Shown here piece by piece: positions 8,597-17,103 of a stretch of DNA of 64,000 nucleotides (positions are counted from its first letter, which is position 1; every line of letters begins with the position of its first letter). The translations under genes were made by a program, and so were the position numbers. The DNA is from an uncultured Bdellovibrionales bacterium. GTDB lineage: Bacteria; Bdellovibrionota_C; UBA2361; J135. The notes beneath the pieces are model-generated. The model saw only the letters and a program-made list of their open reading frames with translations, was not told the origin of the DNA and did no database searches. The stretch lies in NCBI GenBank assembly GCA_964523015.1, contig CAZFXN010000001.1:8976-72975 (forward strand). Reading direction: 5' to 3'.

Positions 8597-11351
8597 GTTA
8601 ACACGGGCTCGACTTTATAAAGATGAAGCTCTGTTTAATAAACTACTCCCTTTTGCCAGATATGATATCGAGCAAGGTGTGTTTGTACACGCCGATGCTT
8701 CATTATGGTTGATGTACGAGTTGGAGCCTCTCCTTATAACTGCCACCTCTGATGCCTCTGCTTATCAAACATGCTCTAGTATTCAAGAGCTCTTAGATTC
8801 ATTAGATGTTAGTATTAGTGTCCAGTTTAATTGGGTGGTAACGTTCGACATTGAAGGTCTACTTCAAAAGGCACTCGAGCAGTACCCAGTATCCGGCGTT
8901 GCTGGTTGGATGGCTCGTCGCTGGAACAGAATGATGAAAAAGGCAGCTCGTAGCTCTTTTATTCATCAACGACCTAGAAAAATGCGACTTATCCTTTCTT
9001 TTAGACATGATCCACCATGGAGCAAGGGAAATATATTTCAAGAGCTTAAGAGAGCTTTTTCTATCCTGATTAAAGGTAATGTTGGATTCTCTGCAGATCA
9101 AAGACGAGCAGAGTATCTAAACTACGCCAACAAATTTAAAGGAGAGATTGAGGGTAAAGTATCTCGACTAAGAGACCTTGGTTTCTATCCAAAAAAAGTT
9201 GATGGGCAAGCTTTAATTGATACACTCTATCCGATACTGAATCGACGAAGCGTTAAAGGTGGTAAGTTTAAAAAAGGGCGCACCTCCTCAATCCCTGTGC
9301 CAGTTTTTGATCCGCTTGATTTATTATCAAATCAACTCTCTGAAACTGCTGTTGAGCATCCGCAAAATGGTATTATCAAAAAAGATGGTAGAGTTTTTAG
9401 AACTGTCTCGATGGTAAAATCTCCTAATCAAGCTTTTCCTCTGATGATTGCTCCGCTTCAATCGGCGCCATATGAAAATATTATAAGTGTTACTTATTCA
9501 AAAGATCCGATGCAAGCTCAGATCAAAAAACTTGATACGCTTGATAGCACCCTTGGTCTTCGTGAATTTACTAGCATGGGTAGAGGTAATCAAAAGATTC
9601 AACATCAGATTAGATCTATTAGGGCCGCAAGAGAGAGCTTATATAATAACTCCACTCAAATTGTCCGATTAGGTATCCATCAAACATTTATCTGTCAAAA
9701 TGAACAGGAAGCTATCAGAGCAACCTCTGAGGCAATGGCAGCTTTTCCTCAATTAAATGGTGCTCGTGGCATGGTTCACGAAATTGCTGACCTTGGTGTA
9801 ATGATCAATTCATTACCGGGATGCTATGAGCCAGCACTTGATGGACGTGGATGGACATCTGTATTGCAATCTTCACGCGCAGTTAGAATGCTTCCTTTAT
9901 GGGGCAATTGGAAGGGCAGTAAAGGCTCACTCTTTCTCCTACCAAATCTTTGGAACCGTGAATTAGTAGGATTCGATCTATTCGACTCTAATATTGCACC
10001 TAACGTATTAATAAGCGGAGTATCTGGTGCTGGTAAGAGTTATCTCCTTAACTTTCTTCTGATAACTCTTAATAGAGGGCACTATTCAACTCTCGCAAAT
10101 GGAATGACTGTTGAACGTCCACCAATTACCTTCGTCTTTGACAAAGGAATGCCTAATCAACCGTGTGGATTTGAAAAGATTGCTCATCTATTTGGTGGAA
10201 GAATATACGAAGCTACCCCTTCTAAAGCACCAGCCATGAACTTCTTGGCTCGCTTAGGAGACTGCCCTCACGATAACACCAACGAAGATTTCAAAGATCT
10301 AGTGGATATCTGCTCTGACATAGTTGCAGATATGGCTTCTGAAAATAATCGTCCGTTATCACGACTTCAGGTAGGTGATATTATCACTGCTCTTTTAGAA
10401 GCCCATAGAATCTATAGAGCTGGTCCAATGAAGAGGCAGTTTATTTTAAGTGATGTTGTCGCAGTTCTCCGTGCTCCAAAGAGAGTCGATGAGGATGAGG
10501 CTACAGCTATGCGTCGTGTCGAGATCGCTCTTTTAATGTCTGAGTACTATGGAGAGGGTACATATGCTAGATTCTTTGATAGACCAGGAGCATTAAGACT
10601 AAAAGAAAGATTTATCGTGTTCGATCTTAAGGGATTAAGTAGAAATCCTGACCTACAAAGGGTATTTTTAAAGATCGCTATGCTCTGGGCTGACGAGGTC
10701 ATGAACGATCCAAAAGAGCTCGACTCGAGAAAGGTTCTTGTGTTCGACGAAGCTCATGATCTTATCGGTAAAACATCTTCAGGTGTTATCGAATCAGCTT
10801 TCAGACTTTATCGTAAGAGAAAAGGTATTGTTATTGCCGCTTCTCAATCTGGTGAAGATTTCTATGTTGGTGCTGGTGGACAGGCTATCGTACAAAACAG
10901 CGCGCATAAGATCTTTTTGAGACAAGATCCAAGTAAGTTTCATTTAACAGCAAAAGCGTTCAATCTAAATGAACAACAGAGTGATGTAATTATGCGTTTA
11001 CGTACTATTAAAGGTGTTGAATCTCAATTTTATCTTCTCTCAGATATCGGAGAAGCCGCCCTTGTTCTACCTCTTGAGCCGGCGTACTACTGGGTTAGTA
11101 CAAATAATGGTGACGACAATCAATTATTTCAATCAGTACTTCAGGAATGTAATGGTGATTTTGCAGCAGCACTTGAGAGAGTAAGTATTATAGCTCCAAG
11201 TGGCGCAAGTGCGTTTGCACAGTACAGAGCTGCTATGCAGCAGGCTCAAGAGCAATCTCGAAATGGCGAAAATTCCGTTTCAAAAACAATTAATACCGCT
11301 TTAGGTCAAAATACAGGTTCAAATTCTATTATAAAGGAGCAGCAAATATGA
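8577..11351 (+). CDS. traC: TraC/VirB4-family T4SS ATPase
   Basis: 924 aa with Walker A GVSGAGKSYLLNFLL and Walker B VLVFDEAHDL. The length fits F-type TraC. Confidence 0.85.
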   Translation: MNMSIDRLTRARLYKDEALFNKLLPFARYDIEQGVFVHADASLWLMYELEPLLITATSDASAYQTCSSIQELLDSLDVSISVQFNWVVTFDIEGLLQKALEQYPVSGVAGWMARRWNRMMKKAARSSFIHQRPRKMRLILSFRHDPPWSKGNIFQELKRAFSILIKGNVGFSADQRRAEYLNYANKFKGEIEGKVSRLRDLGFYPKKVDGQALIDTLYPILNRRSVKGGKFKKGRTSSIPVPVFDPLDLLSNQLSETAVEHPQNGIIKKDGRVFRTVSMVKSPNQAFPLMIAPLQSAPYENIISVTYSKDPMQAQIKKLDTLDSTLGLREFTSMGRGNQKIQHQIRSIRAARESLYNNSTQIVRLGIHQTFICQNEQEAIRATSEAMAAFPQLNGARGMVHEIADLGVMINSLPGCYEPALDGRGWTSVLQSSRAVRMLPLWGNWKGSKGSLFLLPNLWNRELVGFDLFDSNIAPNVLISGVSGAGKSYLLNFLLITLNRGHYSTLANGMTVERPPITFVFDKGMPNQPCGFEKIAHLFGGRIYEATPSKAPAMNFLARLGDCPHDNTNEDFKDLVDICSDIVADMASENNRPLSRLQVGDIITALLEAHRIYRAGPMKRQFILSDVVAVLRAPKRVDEDEATAMRRVEIALLMSEYYGEGTYARFFDRPGALRLKERFIVFDLKGLSRNPDLQRVFLKIAMLWADEVMNDPKELDSRKVLVFDEAHDLIGKTSSGVIESAFRLYRKRKGIVIAASQSGEDFYVGAGGQAIVQNSAHKIFLRQDPSKFHLTAKAFNLNEQQSDVIMRLRTIKGVESQFYLLSDIGEAALVLPLEPAYYWVSTNNGDDNQLFQSVLQECNGDFAAALERVSIIAPSGASAFAQYRAAMQQAQEQSRNGENSVSKTINTALGQNTGSNSIIKEQQI

Positions 11352-11656
11352 AATCTTTAATTTTAACTCGAATCTTTCAATCTTTTTGTGTAGTGTTGAT
11401 AGGAATACTGACTGGTTGTGCAGCAGTTAATCCATTTGTACATACAAAAACTGTTTACCGTGAAGTTCCTATTAGTGGACCAAAGGCTGATGTTCCTCCT
11501 GGAGTAGTTGAATATGTTTGGGAAGAGCCTATGGTCGATGTTGTTGACGTGCCGCCAGGATTAGATCCTGAAGGAAGATATTATAGACCTGGTCATCAAG
11601 CTGTAGTTGAAGTTCGCCAAGGTAGATGGAGACATTACAAACTGGAGAATAACTAA
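11348..11656 (+). CDS. small lipoprotein
   Basis: Lipobox ILTGCAAV. ATGA overlap with the traC stop. Confidence 0.4.
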   Translation: MKSLILTRIFQSFCVVLIGILTGCAAVNPFVHTKTVYREVPISGPKADVPPGVVEYVWEEPMVDVVDVPPGLDPEGRYYRPGHQAVVEVRQGRWRHYKLENN

Positions 11657-12059
11657 GTATAGGAGGTTTATTATGGGAGTTCTCTCAGCACGATCTTTTG
11701 TTGCACCGATACTAGATAAGAAAAATCTAATTGCCATCGTTCTTATTGCTGTATTCTTTGCTGTCTATAGGCTTTCAGGGGGCTCTATTGAAACTGGTTC
11801 AAATCAAAGTCGCTCAAACTTAAAAGTAGCACCAGTAAGTGATTCATTTTTCGATCAGATGACTGAATCAGAGTCAATCTCTCCAATTTCAGATCTTAAA
11901 AAGATTCAAGGGAATGAATCCGCTAGGCCAACCAAAAGGAAAGCTGCCTCAAGTGATCTACTAGATGATATTTTGGTTGATAGGAAACCTAAGGAGGAAG
12001 CCCCTACTGGATCAAACTCCCAGCTTGATGATATCGAAAGGAGTCTTGGATTACGTTAA
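11607..12059 (+). CDS. hypothetical bitopic membrane protein
   Basis: Likely true start is ATG at ~11673, preceded by the strong RBS TAGGAGG. N-terminal TM helix LIAIVLIAVFFAVY. Confidence 0.4.
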   Translation: MKFAKVDGDITNWRITKYRRFIMGVLSARSFVAPILDKKNLIAIVLIAVFFAVYRLSGGSIETGSNQSRSNLKVAPVSDSFFDQMTESESISPISDLKKIQGNESARPTKRKAASSDLLDDILVDRKPKEEAPTGSNSQLDDIERSLGLR

Positions 12060-12073
12060 TTTAAAATTGTTAT

Positions 12074-12604
12074 ATGATAGAGGGACAGATTACATTCAAT
12101 CGAAGTTGGCGCTCTCAATGGCAACGCATGATCGTTTTCTTTGTTCTCTCTGGAATAAGTATTTTTTTGTCCTCATATTTTCCTGAAAGCATCATAAGAG
12201 GTCGCTTATTTACCATCGCTGGCGAAGCATTTTTTTTGAACCTTCCTCTATTTAGTTTTTTACCTTTGTACGGATTAGTTAATTTAATGTTGCCGATATA
12301 CGATGCTAGATTTACGATTGATAATCGTGGTCTTGAATCTCGGATAGGAATATTGTCTCTTAATCAACGAATTGTAAAGGTTCGGTATGAAGACATTCGC
12401 AGCCTTGAGCTCAATCAAACTTTACTAGATCGCGGTATTAACGTCGGTGCTATCTCAATTGGCAGTGCTGCAACAAGTACCATTGAAATTGTCTTTGACG
12501 GACTAGTTGAGCCCGTCGAGATTAAAAATCTTATACAACTAGAAAGAGATTCAAGGTTACGTAAAGCGTCATCTGATGAGAAAAAGATTCAGGCAGCGCT
12601 ATAG
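12074..12604 (+). CDS. membrane protein with bacterial PH (bPH_2/YdbT-like) domain
   Basis: Two N-terminal TM helices followed by a domain matching the bPH_2 pattern (RFTIDNRGLESRIGILSLNQRIVKVRYEDIRSLELNQTLLDRG...IEIVFDG). Confidence 0.5.
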   Translation: MIEGQITFNRSWRSQWQRMIVFFVLSGISIFLSSYFPESIIRGRLFTIAGEAFFLNLPLFSFLPLYGLVNLMLPIYDARFTIDNRGLESRIGILSLNQRIVKVRYEDIRSLELNQTLLDRGINVGAISIGSAATSTIEIVFDGLVEPVEIKNLIQLERDSRLRKASSDEKKIQAAL

Positions 12605-12621
12605 TTTTTTGGAGGTATTTT

Positions 12622-13689
12622 ATGAGGTTTGTTTTTAAATCTGCCATAATGGCAAACTATCTGTCAGTAGTCCTGTTAGCGATCCTGATAAGTACATTAA
12701 TTATTTCCAATTCTGCTAAGGCTGATAAGGTCGTAGAAAATCTTAAAGATAAAATCTCAACTCTTAAAGCTAGCGTAGAGGGATCTGATACGAGCGATCG
12801 TGATTTTAGTGCCGAACAGGAAGAGTTCGACCGCATGAGAGAGCAACTCCTTGCTGCAGAAAATGAAATTATAAAAGGGGAAACCAAGAAATCATTAAAT
12901 CAAGCGACTGTATCTGCTGATTATGAATATAAAAAGGAATATCAAAAGGAAGCAAAACTACCTAAAAACGATGATAGCTTTACGGAAGATCTTGATGATT
13001 CCTTAGAGAAGGATGCTAGAGCTGAGATGGCTAAAAAAGCAATCGACAGTACCTTTCAAGAGAATGAAGAATTAAAAGCAAAGTATCAAACTGCACTTAC
13101 CCAACTAGCTGCTAGAAACAAAGAATTGACAGCTCTAAGATCAGAGAAAACTTCTGTTACATCTGAGTCAAAAGTATCTAGAGATAAAATTGCATCCTTA
13201 CAAAAAGAGCTTCAAGGAGCAAAAAATAAACTCCTGGTTAGTGAAGCAGAGGTGGAAAGATTATCCGCACTAGCTGGATCCGGAGCTAAACATGCTAGAC
13301 TCCCTGCTCCTGCTACTGGACGCTCTTCAGTTTACTCAACTGCTAATAGTAACGTACAGACAACTTCCATTAAGCCTGAAACTTCTGATCTAACTGTTTT
13401 AACAGTGGTTGCTAGCAAAGCATACCTACGAACTGGTCCTGGAAAAGATAATTCTCCACTAATGGAGGTACGAAGCGGTACTAAACTAGCTGTAGAAGAC
13501 AGACAGGGAAATTGGTTTAGAGTGACAACGCCTACTGGCACACGTGCCTGGATCGCTTCCGAAGTAGTTGCATTTGGACCGAGCAGTACTGCTCGTCCAT
13601 CCCAAACTGTAAAAATTAAAGCTTCAAGTGAAAAAAATGATCAGATCGAAGAAAAAGCGTTTGAGCTTATTAATAAGCATTCTCGCTAG
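12622..13689 (+). CDS. secreted coiled-coil protein with C-terminal SH3b domain
   Basis: Signal/TM at the N-terminus, a long heptad-rich region (EEFDRMREQLLAAENEI...LQKELQGAKNKLLVSEAEVERL) and a C-terminal SH3_3-like segment AYLRTGPGKDNSPLMEVRSGTKLAVEDRQGNWFRVTTPTGTRAWIASEVV. Confidence 0.5.
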   Translation: MRFVFKSAIMANYLSVVLLAILISTLIISNSAKADKVVENLKDKISTLKASVEGSDTSDRDFSAEQEEFDRMREQLLAAENEIIKGETKKSLNQATVSADYEYKKEYQKEAKLPKNDDSFTEDLDDSLEKDARAEMAKKAIDSTFQENEELKAKYQTALTQLAARNKELTALRSEKTSVTSESKVSRDKIASLQKELQGAKNKLLVSEAEVERLSALAGSGAKHARLPAPATGRSSVYSTANSNVQTTSIKPETSDLTVLTVVASKAYLRTGPGKDNSPLMEVRSGTKLAVEDRQGNWFRVTTPTGTRAWIASEVVAFGPSSTARPSQTVKIKASSEKNDQIEEKAFELINKHSR

Positions 13690-14173
13690 TCTTTTACTAT
13701 TAACGATTGGGTTTCCTAATTTGCCAATCATTGCAGCCCCTAAATTTCCTGGGGATGCATTGAGTACATTTGTTTTTCCACTTTTTGCACCAAGAAAATC
13801 TAGCCCCTTTGGCGAGCGTAAGCATCCGATACTTCGTAAGGTCCGCCACCATGCTGGAATAGATCTAGCTGCCCCTAAGGGAACCCCTATACGTTCGATT
13901 ATGAGTGGTACTGTAGTGTTTGCTGATGACTATGAGGGGTATGGCAAACTAATTACTATTCGACATAATGATGAGCTTACAAGCCACTATGGGCACTGTG
14001 ATAAGATTAAAGTTGAAGTTGGTAAAAGAATAAAAGCAGGTCAGATTATTGGGACAGTAGGTGAAACAGGGCTTGCTTCTGGACCGCACCTTCATTTTGA
14101 AATACGGATAAAAGGAAAGGCTTACAATCCTGAACTCCTTATCCCAGAGTTAAATTCTGAGGCTAAGGGATAA
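13628..14173 (+). CDS. M23 family (LytM-type) peptidoglycan endopeptidase
   Basis: Signal peptide, HAGIDLAAPKGTPIRS (HxxxD metal site) and GYGKLITIRHNDELTSHYGHCD...GPHLHFEIR (HxH motif). It overlaps the upstream gene by ~55-62 nt (GTG 13628 or ATG 13637). Confidence 0.8.
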   Translation: MKKMIRSKKKRLSLLISILASLLLLTIGFPNLPIIAAPKFPGDALSTFVFPLFAPRKSSPFGERKHPILRKVRHHAGIDLAAPKGTPIRSIMSGTVVFADDYEGYGKLITIRHNDELTSHYGHCDKIKVEVGKRIKAGQIIGTVGETGLASGPHLHFEIRIKGKAYNPELLIPELNSEAKG

Positions 14174-14458
14174 TCCTGATTGGTTTCAACTAGTTAGTAG
14201 CCTACCTAGAACTCTGCTAACATATCACCGTATGCAACTAAGAGGATGATTATCCCCATAACATTAGTAATAAAAATGGGACATCTGCCCAACGTGAGTT
14301 GTCGCCAAATTTTATTTTTTTAGGGTGCTTTTTAATATCCCAAAAGGTTATAACTTTGGTTACCTGCCTAGGATGTAAGATTGCAACCTATTAAAGATAG
14401 TATTTGGGGGCAATTCATAAGTAAGCATCTGTCGAAATAAATTAATATAGAAAATATA

Positions 14459-14902
14459 GTGAAAAAACTAATTGGAGTTACTATGAATGAAGTTAATTCT
14501 CTTTTACAAAAAGTAAAGGGAAGCTTTCTATCTACTGGTCAATATATTGGGGCTGTATTTTATGCACCTACAAGAGGCCAGAGTCAGATTGCTCTTTTCT
14601 TACTTGGAGTTATTATCCTATCAGGCGGTCTTACAATCCATGCAATTGCTCAAGGTGATGTGGGATCAGACCTCGTAGGTGAATACAATGACGAGCGTGT
14701 TTCTGAGGCCGTTAATAGAATCTTCGCTTATATCGAAGGTTCCTTTGGAGCCTTAATCATGGTTGCTGCTGGTTTAGGAGCAATTATGGCGGCTGCGTTC
14801 GGACAATATAGAGCTGCTTTAGGATTACTTGTTGTAGCGGTTGGATCATTTATCCTTCGCTCTCTTGTTGGAACATTCTTTAACACAGAGACAATTCAAT
14901 AA
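14459..14902 (+). CDS. T4SS pilin-like protein, paralog 1 (TrbC/VirB2/TraA-type architecture)
   Basis: Long leader with a TM helix ending AIAQ, then a ~85-aa region with two hydrophobic helices rich in small residues (GSFGALIMVAAGLGAIMAAAFG...GLLVVAVGSFILRSLVGTFFNTETIQ). Likely true start is ATG at 14483. Confidence 0.5.
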   Translation: MKKLIGVTMNEVNSLLQKVKGSFLSTGQYIGAVFYAPTRGQSQIALFLLGVIILSGGLTIHAIAQGDVGSDLVGEYNDERVSEAVNRIFAYIEGSFGALIMVAAGLGAIMAAAFGQYRAALGLLVVAVGSFILRSLVGTFFNTETIQ

Positions 14903-14940
14903 CGACAATCCAGTAATCAAAAGAGCTTGATAAGAGCTCT

Positions 14941-14970
14941 AAAAGGGACCTTTAGGGGTCCCTTTTATTT
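14941..14970 (+). terminator. rho-independent terminator after pilin paralog 1
   Basis: aaaaGGGACCtttagGGGTCCCtttta: 6-10 bp GC stem followed by a T-run. A second hairpin agagct..agctct lies at 14921..14939. Confidence 0.7.
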
Positions 14971-15031
14971 TGTCCCCTTTTTATTTTTTCATTATTGACG
15001 GTCATACAGTGATAGTCGTATGATTGATCTA

Positions 15032-15087
15032 ATGTAGCATTAGCTACATATTTATCTAAGCGTTTATCTAAGCGTTTATCTAAAGCG
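15032..15087. repeat. 7-bp-arm palindrome (atgtagc-atta-gctacat) followed by 3 tandem copies of tttatctaa(a)gcg
   Basis: Direct reading of 15032..15049 (palindrome) and 15051..15087 (12-nt unit x3). It lies ~30 nt upstream of the OMP gene start. Confidence 0.8.
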
Positions 15088-15115
15088 GACCTTATTAAAA
15101 TCAAGCGGAGACCGT

Positions 15116-15943
15116 ATGGCATTCTATAAAAAATTCCCTTTTGTTGTTGCAGTGCCTTTTCTTTATATCTCTCCTATGATTGCCAAGGCTGAGACTGGGC
15201 CATTGGGATTTGGTTCTCCTCAGTTTAGCGAAGATATGGAAACTGACCGTCCTGATTTTTCTGAGGGCACTAAAACTGTTGAAGCTGGACACCTACAGAT
15301 AGAAGCGGGGTATACCTTTACTGATAATAATGACGGTGGAGTGATAACTGAATCACACGCAGTTCCAGGGGTACTGGTCCGTATTGGATTAGCTCCAAAA
15401 TATGAACTCAGAATAGGTTGGCAAGGATTTATAGATTCGGAAACAACATCATCAGGTGACAATGCTCAGTCAGATGGTGTTGGCGATATGTCAATTGGCA
15501 CAAAGTTTAGACTTCAAGAAAACGATGCAGGATGGGATGTAAGTAGTATAATAGAAACCTCCTTACCTGTTGGAGATGATGAGGTTGCATCCGATAAACA
15601 TGAGCCTGCTGTTAAATTACTATTTGCCAAGGACTTATCTAGTGACCTTTCATTTGCAACAAATTTGAATGCTACCTACGTTAGTGGCAGTACAGAAAGG
15701 TATTATGAGCTAGCGGCGTCGGCATCATTTGGCACTGACCTAACTGACACCATCGGGCTATTTTTAGAATACTATGGGCAATTTCCTCTTGAAAATGTCC
15801 CTGAAGAGAATCTTCACACTTTAAATGGTGGTCTAACCCTCGCGCTAGATGAAAACCTACAGCTAGATGCATTTGTTGGAACCGGTCTTAATGCTGAAGC
15901 AGATGATTTCTTTACCGGCTTTGGTGTGAGTTTCCGAATGTAA
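15116..15943 (+). CDS. outer-membrane beta-barrel protein (transporter-type OMP)
   Basis: Signal peptide ending AKAET. Alternating hydrophobic beta-strand pattern, aromatic-rich, C-terminal ...GFGVSFRM. It sits between pilin paralogs 1 and 2. Confidence 0.45.
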   Translation: MAFYKKFPFVVAVPFLYISPMIAKAETGPLGFGSPQFSEDMETDRPDFSEGTKTVEAGHLQIEAGYTFTDNNDGGVITESHAVPGVLVRIGLAPKYELRIGWQGFIDSETTSSGDNAQSDGVGDMSIGTKFRLQENDAGWDVSSIIETSLPVGDDEVASDKHEPAVKLLFAKDLSSDLSFATNLNATYVSGSTERYYELAASASFGTDLTDTIGLFLEYYGQFPLENVPEENLHTLNGGLTLALDENLQLDAFVGTGLNAEADDFFTGFGVSFRM

Positions 15944-16157
15944 ATAGTTCTTGATTTATAACTACCTAATTTGTCAGTTAAATATCATCCCCTAACAGGA
16001 TTGATAAACTAAGTCACATATACCTTAAAACCACACATAACACTGCTCATCAAGGTGATATGTCCAACTCTAGCTAGTTCGTATCGCATCAAGTTCTCAC
16101 CAGGTTTCTTTCTCGGTTTTCAACAAAAAAAACGTTAATTTAAACACGGAGACGACA

Positions 16158-16589
16158 ATGTCTGTCTATACGTCATTGATAACCAAAGTAAGTAACTCGA
16201 CACAAAATGTAAGCCAGTATTTAGGCCAGTATTTAAGCACGATGTTTAATGCTCCAACAAAGAAGCAAACTCAATTTATGCTCTTCTGCCTAGGAATAAC
16301 GCTAGTTGCTTCAGGCATTACCGTTGAATTGCTAGCTCAAGGCGATGTGGGATCTGACCTCGTTGGTGAATATAACGATGAGCGTGTAGGTGAAGCTGTT
16401 AATAGAATCTTTGCCTATATTGAGGGATCTTTTGGAGCTTTAATCATGGTAGCCGCTGGATTAGGAGCAATTATGGCAGCTGCCCTTGGTAGCTACTCAG
16501 CAGCTATTGGACTCTTAGTAGTGGCAGTTGGAGCTTTCGTACTTAGATCTCTAGTTGGAACATTCTTTAATACTGAAAGTATTCAGTAA
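16158..16589 (+). CDS. T4SS pilin-like protein, paralog 2
   Basis: The C-terminal 85 aa are near-identical to paralog 1 (GDVGSDLVGEYNDERVGEAVNRIFAYIEGSFGALIMVAAGLGAIMAAALG...LRSLVGTFFNTESIQ), but the N-terminal leader is unrelated. RBS GGAGA upstream. Confidence 0.5.
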   Translation: MSVYTSLITKVSNSTQNVSQYLGQYLSTMFNAPTKKQTQFMLFCLGITLVASGITVELLAQGDVGSDLVGEYNDERVGEAVNRIFAYIEGSFGALIMVAAGLGAIMAAALGSYSAAIGLLVVAVGAFVLRSLVGTFFNTESIQ

Positions 16590-16616
16590 TAATTGGGTGA
16601 TACTGTGCATAAAAGT

Positions 16617-16653
16617 GAGGTTAGTCTACTGATAAACCTCTCTTTTATATTTT
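16617..16653 (+). terminator. putative terminator after pilin paralog 2
   Basis: gaggtt...aacctc stem followed by tcttttatatttt. The loop is long, so prediction is weaker. Confidence 0.4.
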
Positions 16654-16717
16654 AAATGATCTATTAGCGATATATAACAGTTGAATAATTTCAGCCCTAA
16701 GTTAGAATAGTACTATT

Positions 16718-17068
16718 ATGAACCGCCAGCACATACAAAGCCTACTCATTCTAGTTGCCTATGCTCTTATCTTAAGCATCTCTGTGACTGCTTACTCTAA
16801 TATTAATTTTATTGACCTCTCTGATTTTCCAGGCAATGCCCCTGGTTACTATAACGATTTACGGATCGGAGAAGTTGTGAACCGGATCCTTAACTACCTA
16901 GAAGGAAGCCTTGGTGCGTTGATTATGGTTAGTGCCGGATTGCTTGCAATCCTTAGTGCCGCTTTTGGAAACTATAGAGCTTCTATAGCACTCCTTGTGG
17001 TTGCGATCGGGCCATTCATTCTCCGGTCATTTGTTGGTAGCTTTTTTAATGATGAAAATATTCGGTAG
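16718..17068 (+). CDS. T4SS pilin-like protein, paralog 3 (divergent)
   Basis: 116 aa. Signal peptide, then the same two-helix core with ~50% identity (VVNRILNYLEGSLGALIMVSAGLLAILSAAFGNYRASIALLVVAIGPFILRSFVGSFFNDENIR). Confidence 0.5.
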   Translation: MNRQHIQSLLILVAYALILSISVTAYSNINFIDLSDFPGNAPGYYNDLRIGEVVNRILNYLEGSLGALIMVSAGLLAILSAAFGNYRASIALLVVAIGPFILRSFVGSFFNDENIR

Positions 17069-17103
17069 GTATTTCTTTATCTCGCTATCATGATCTTTCA
17101 AGA

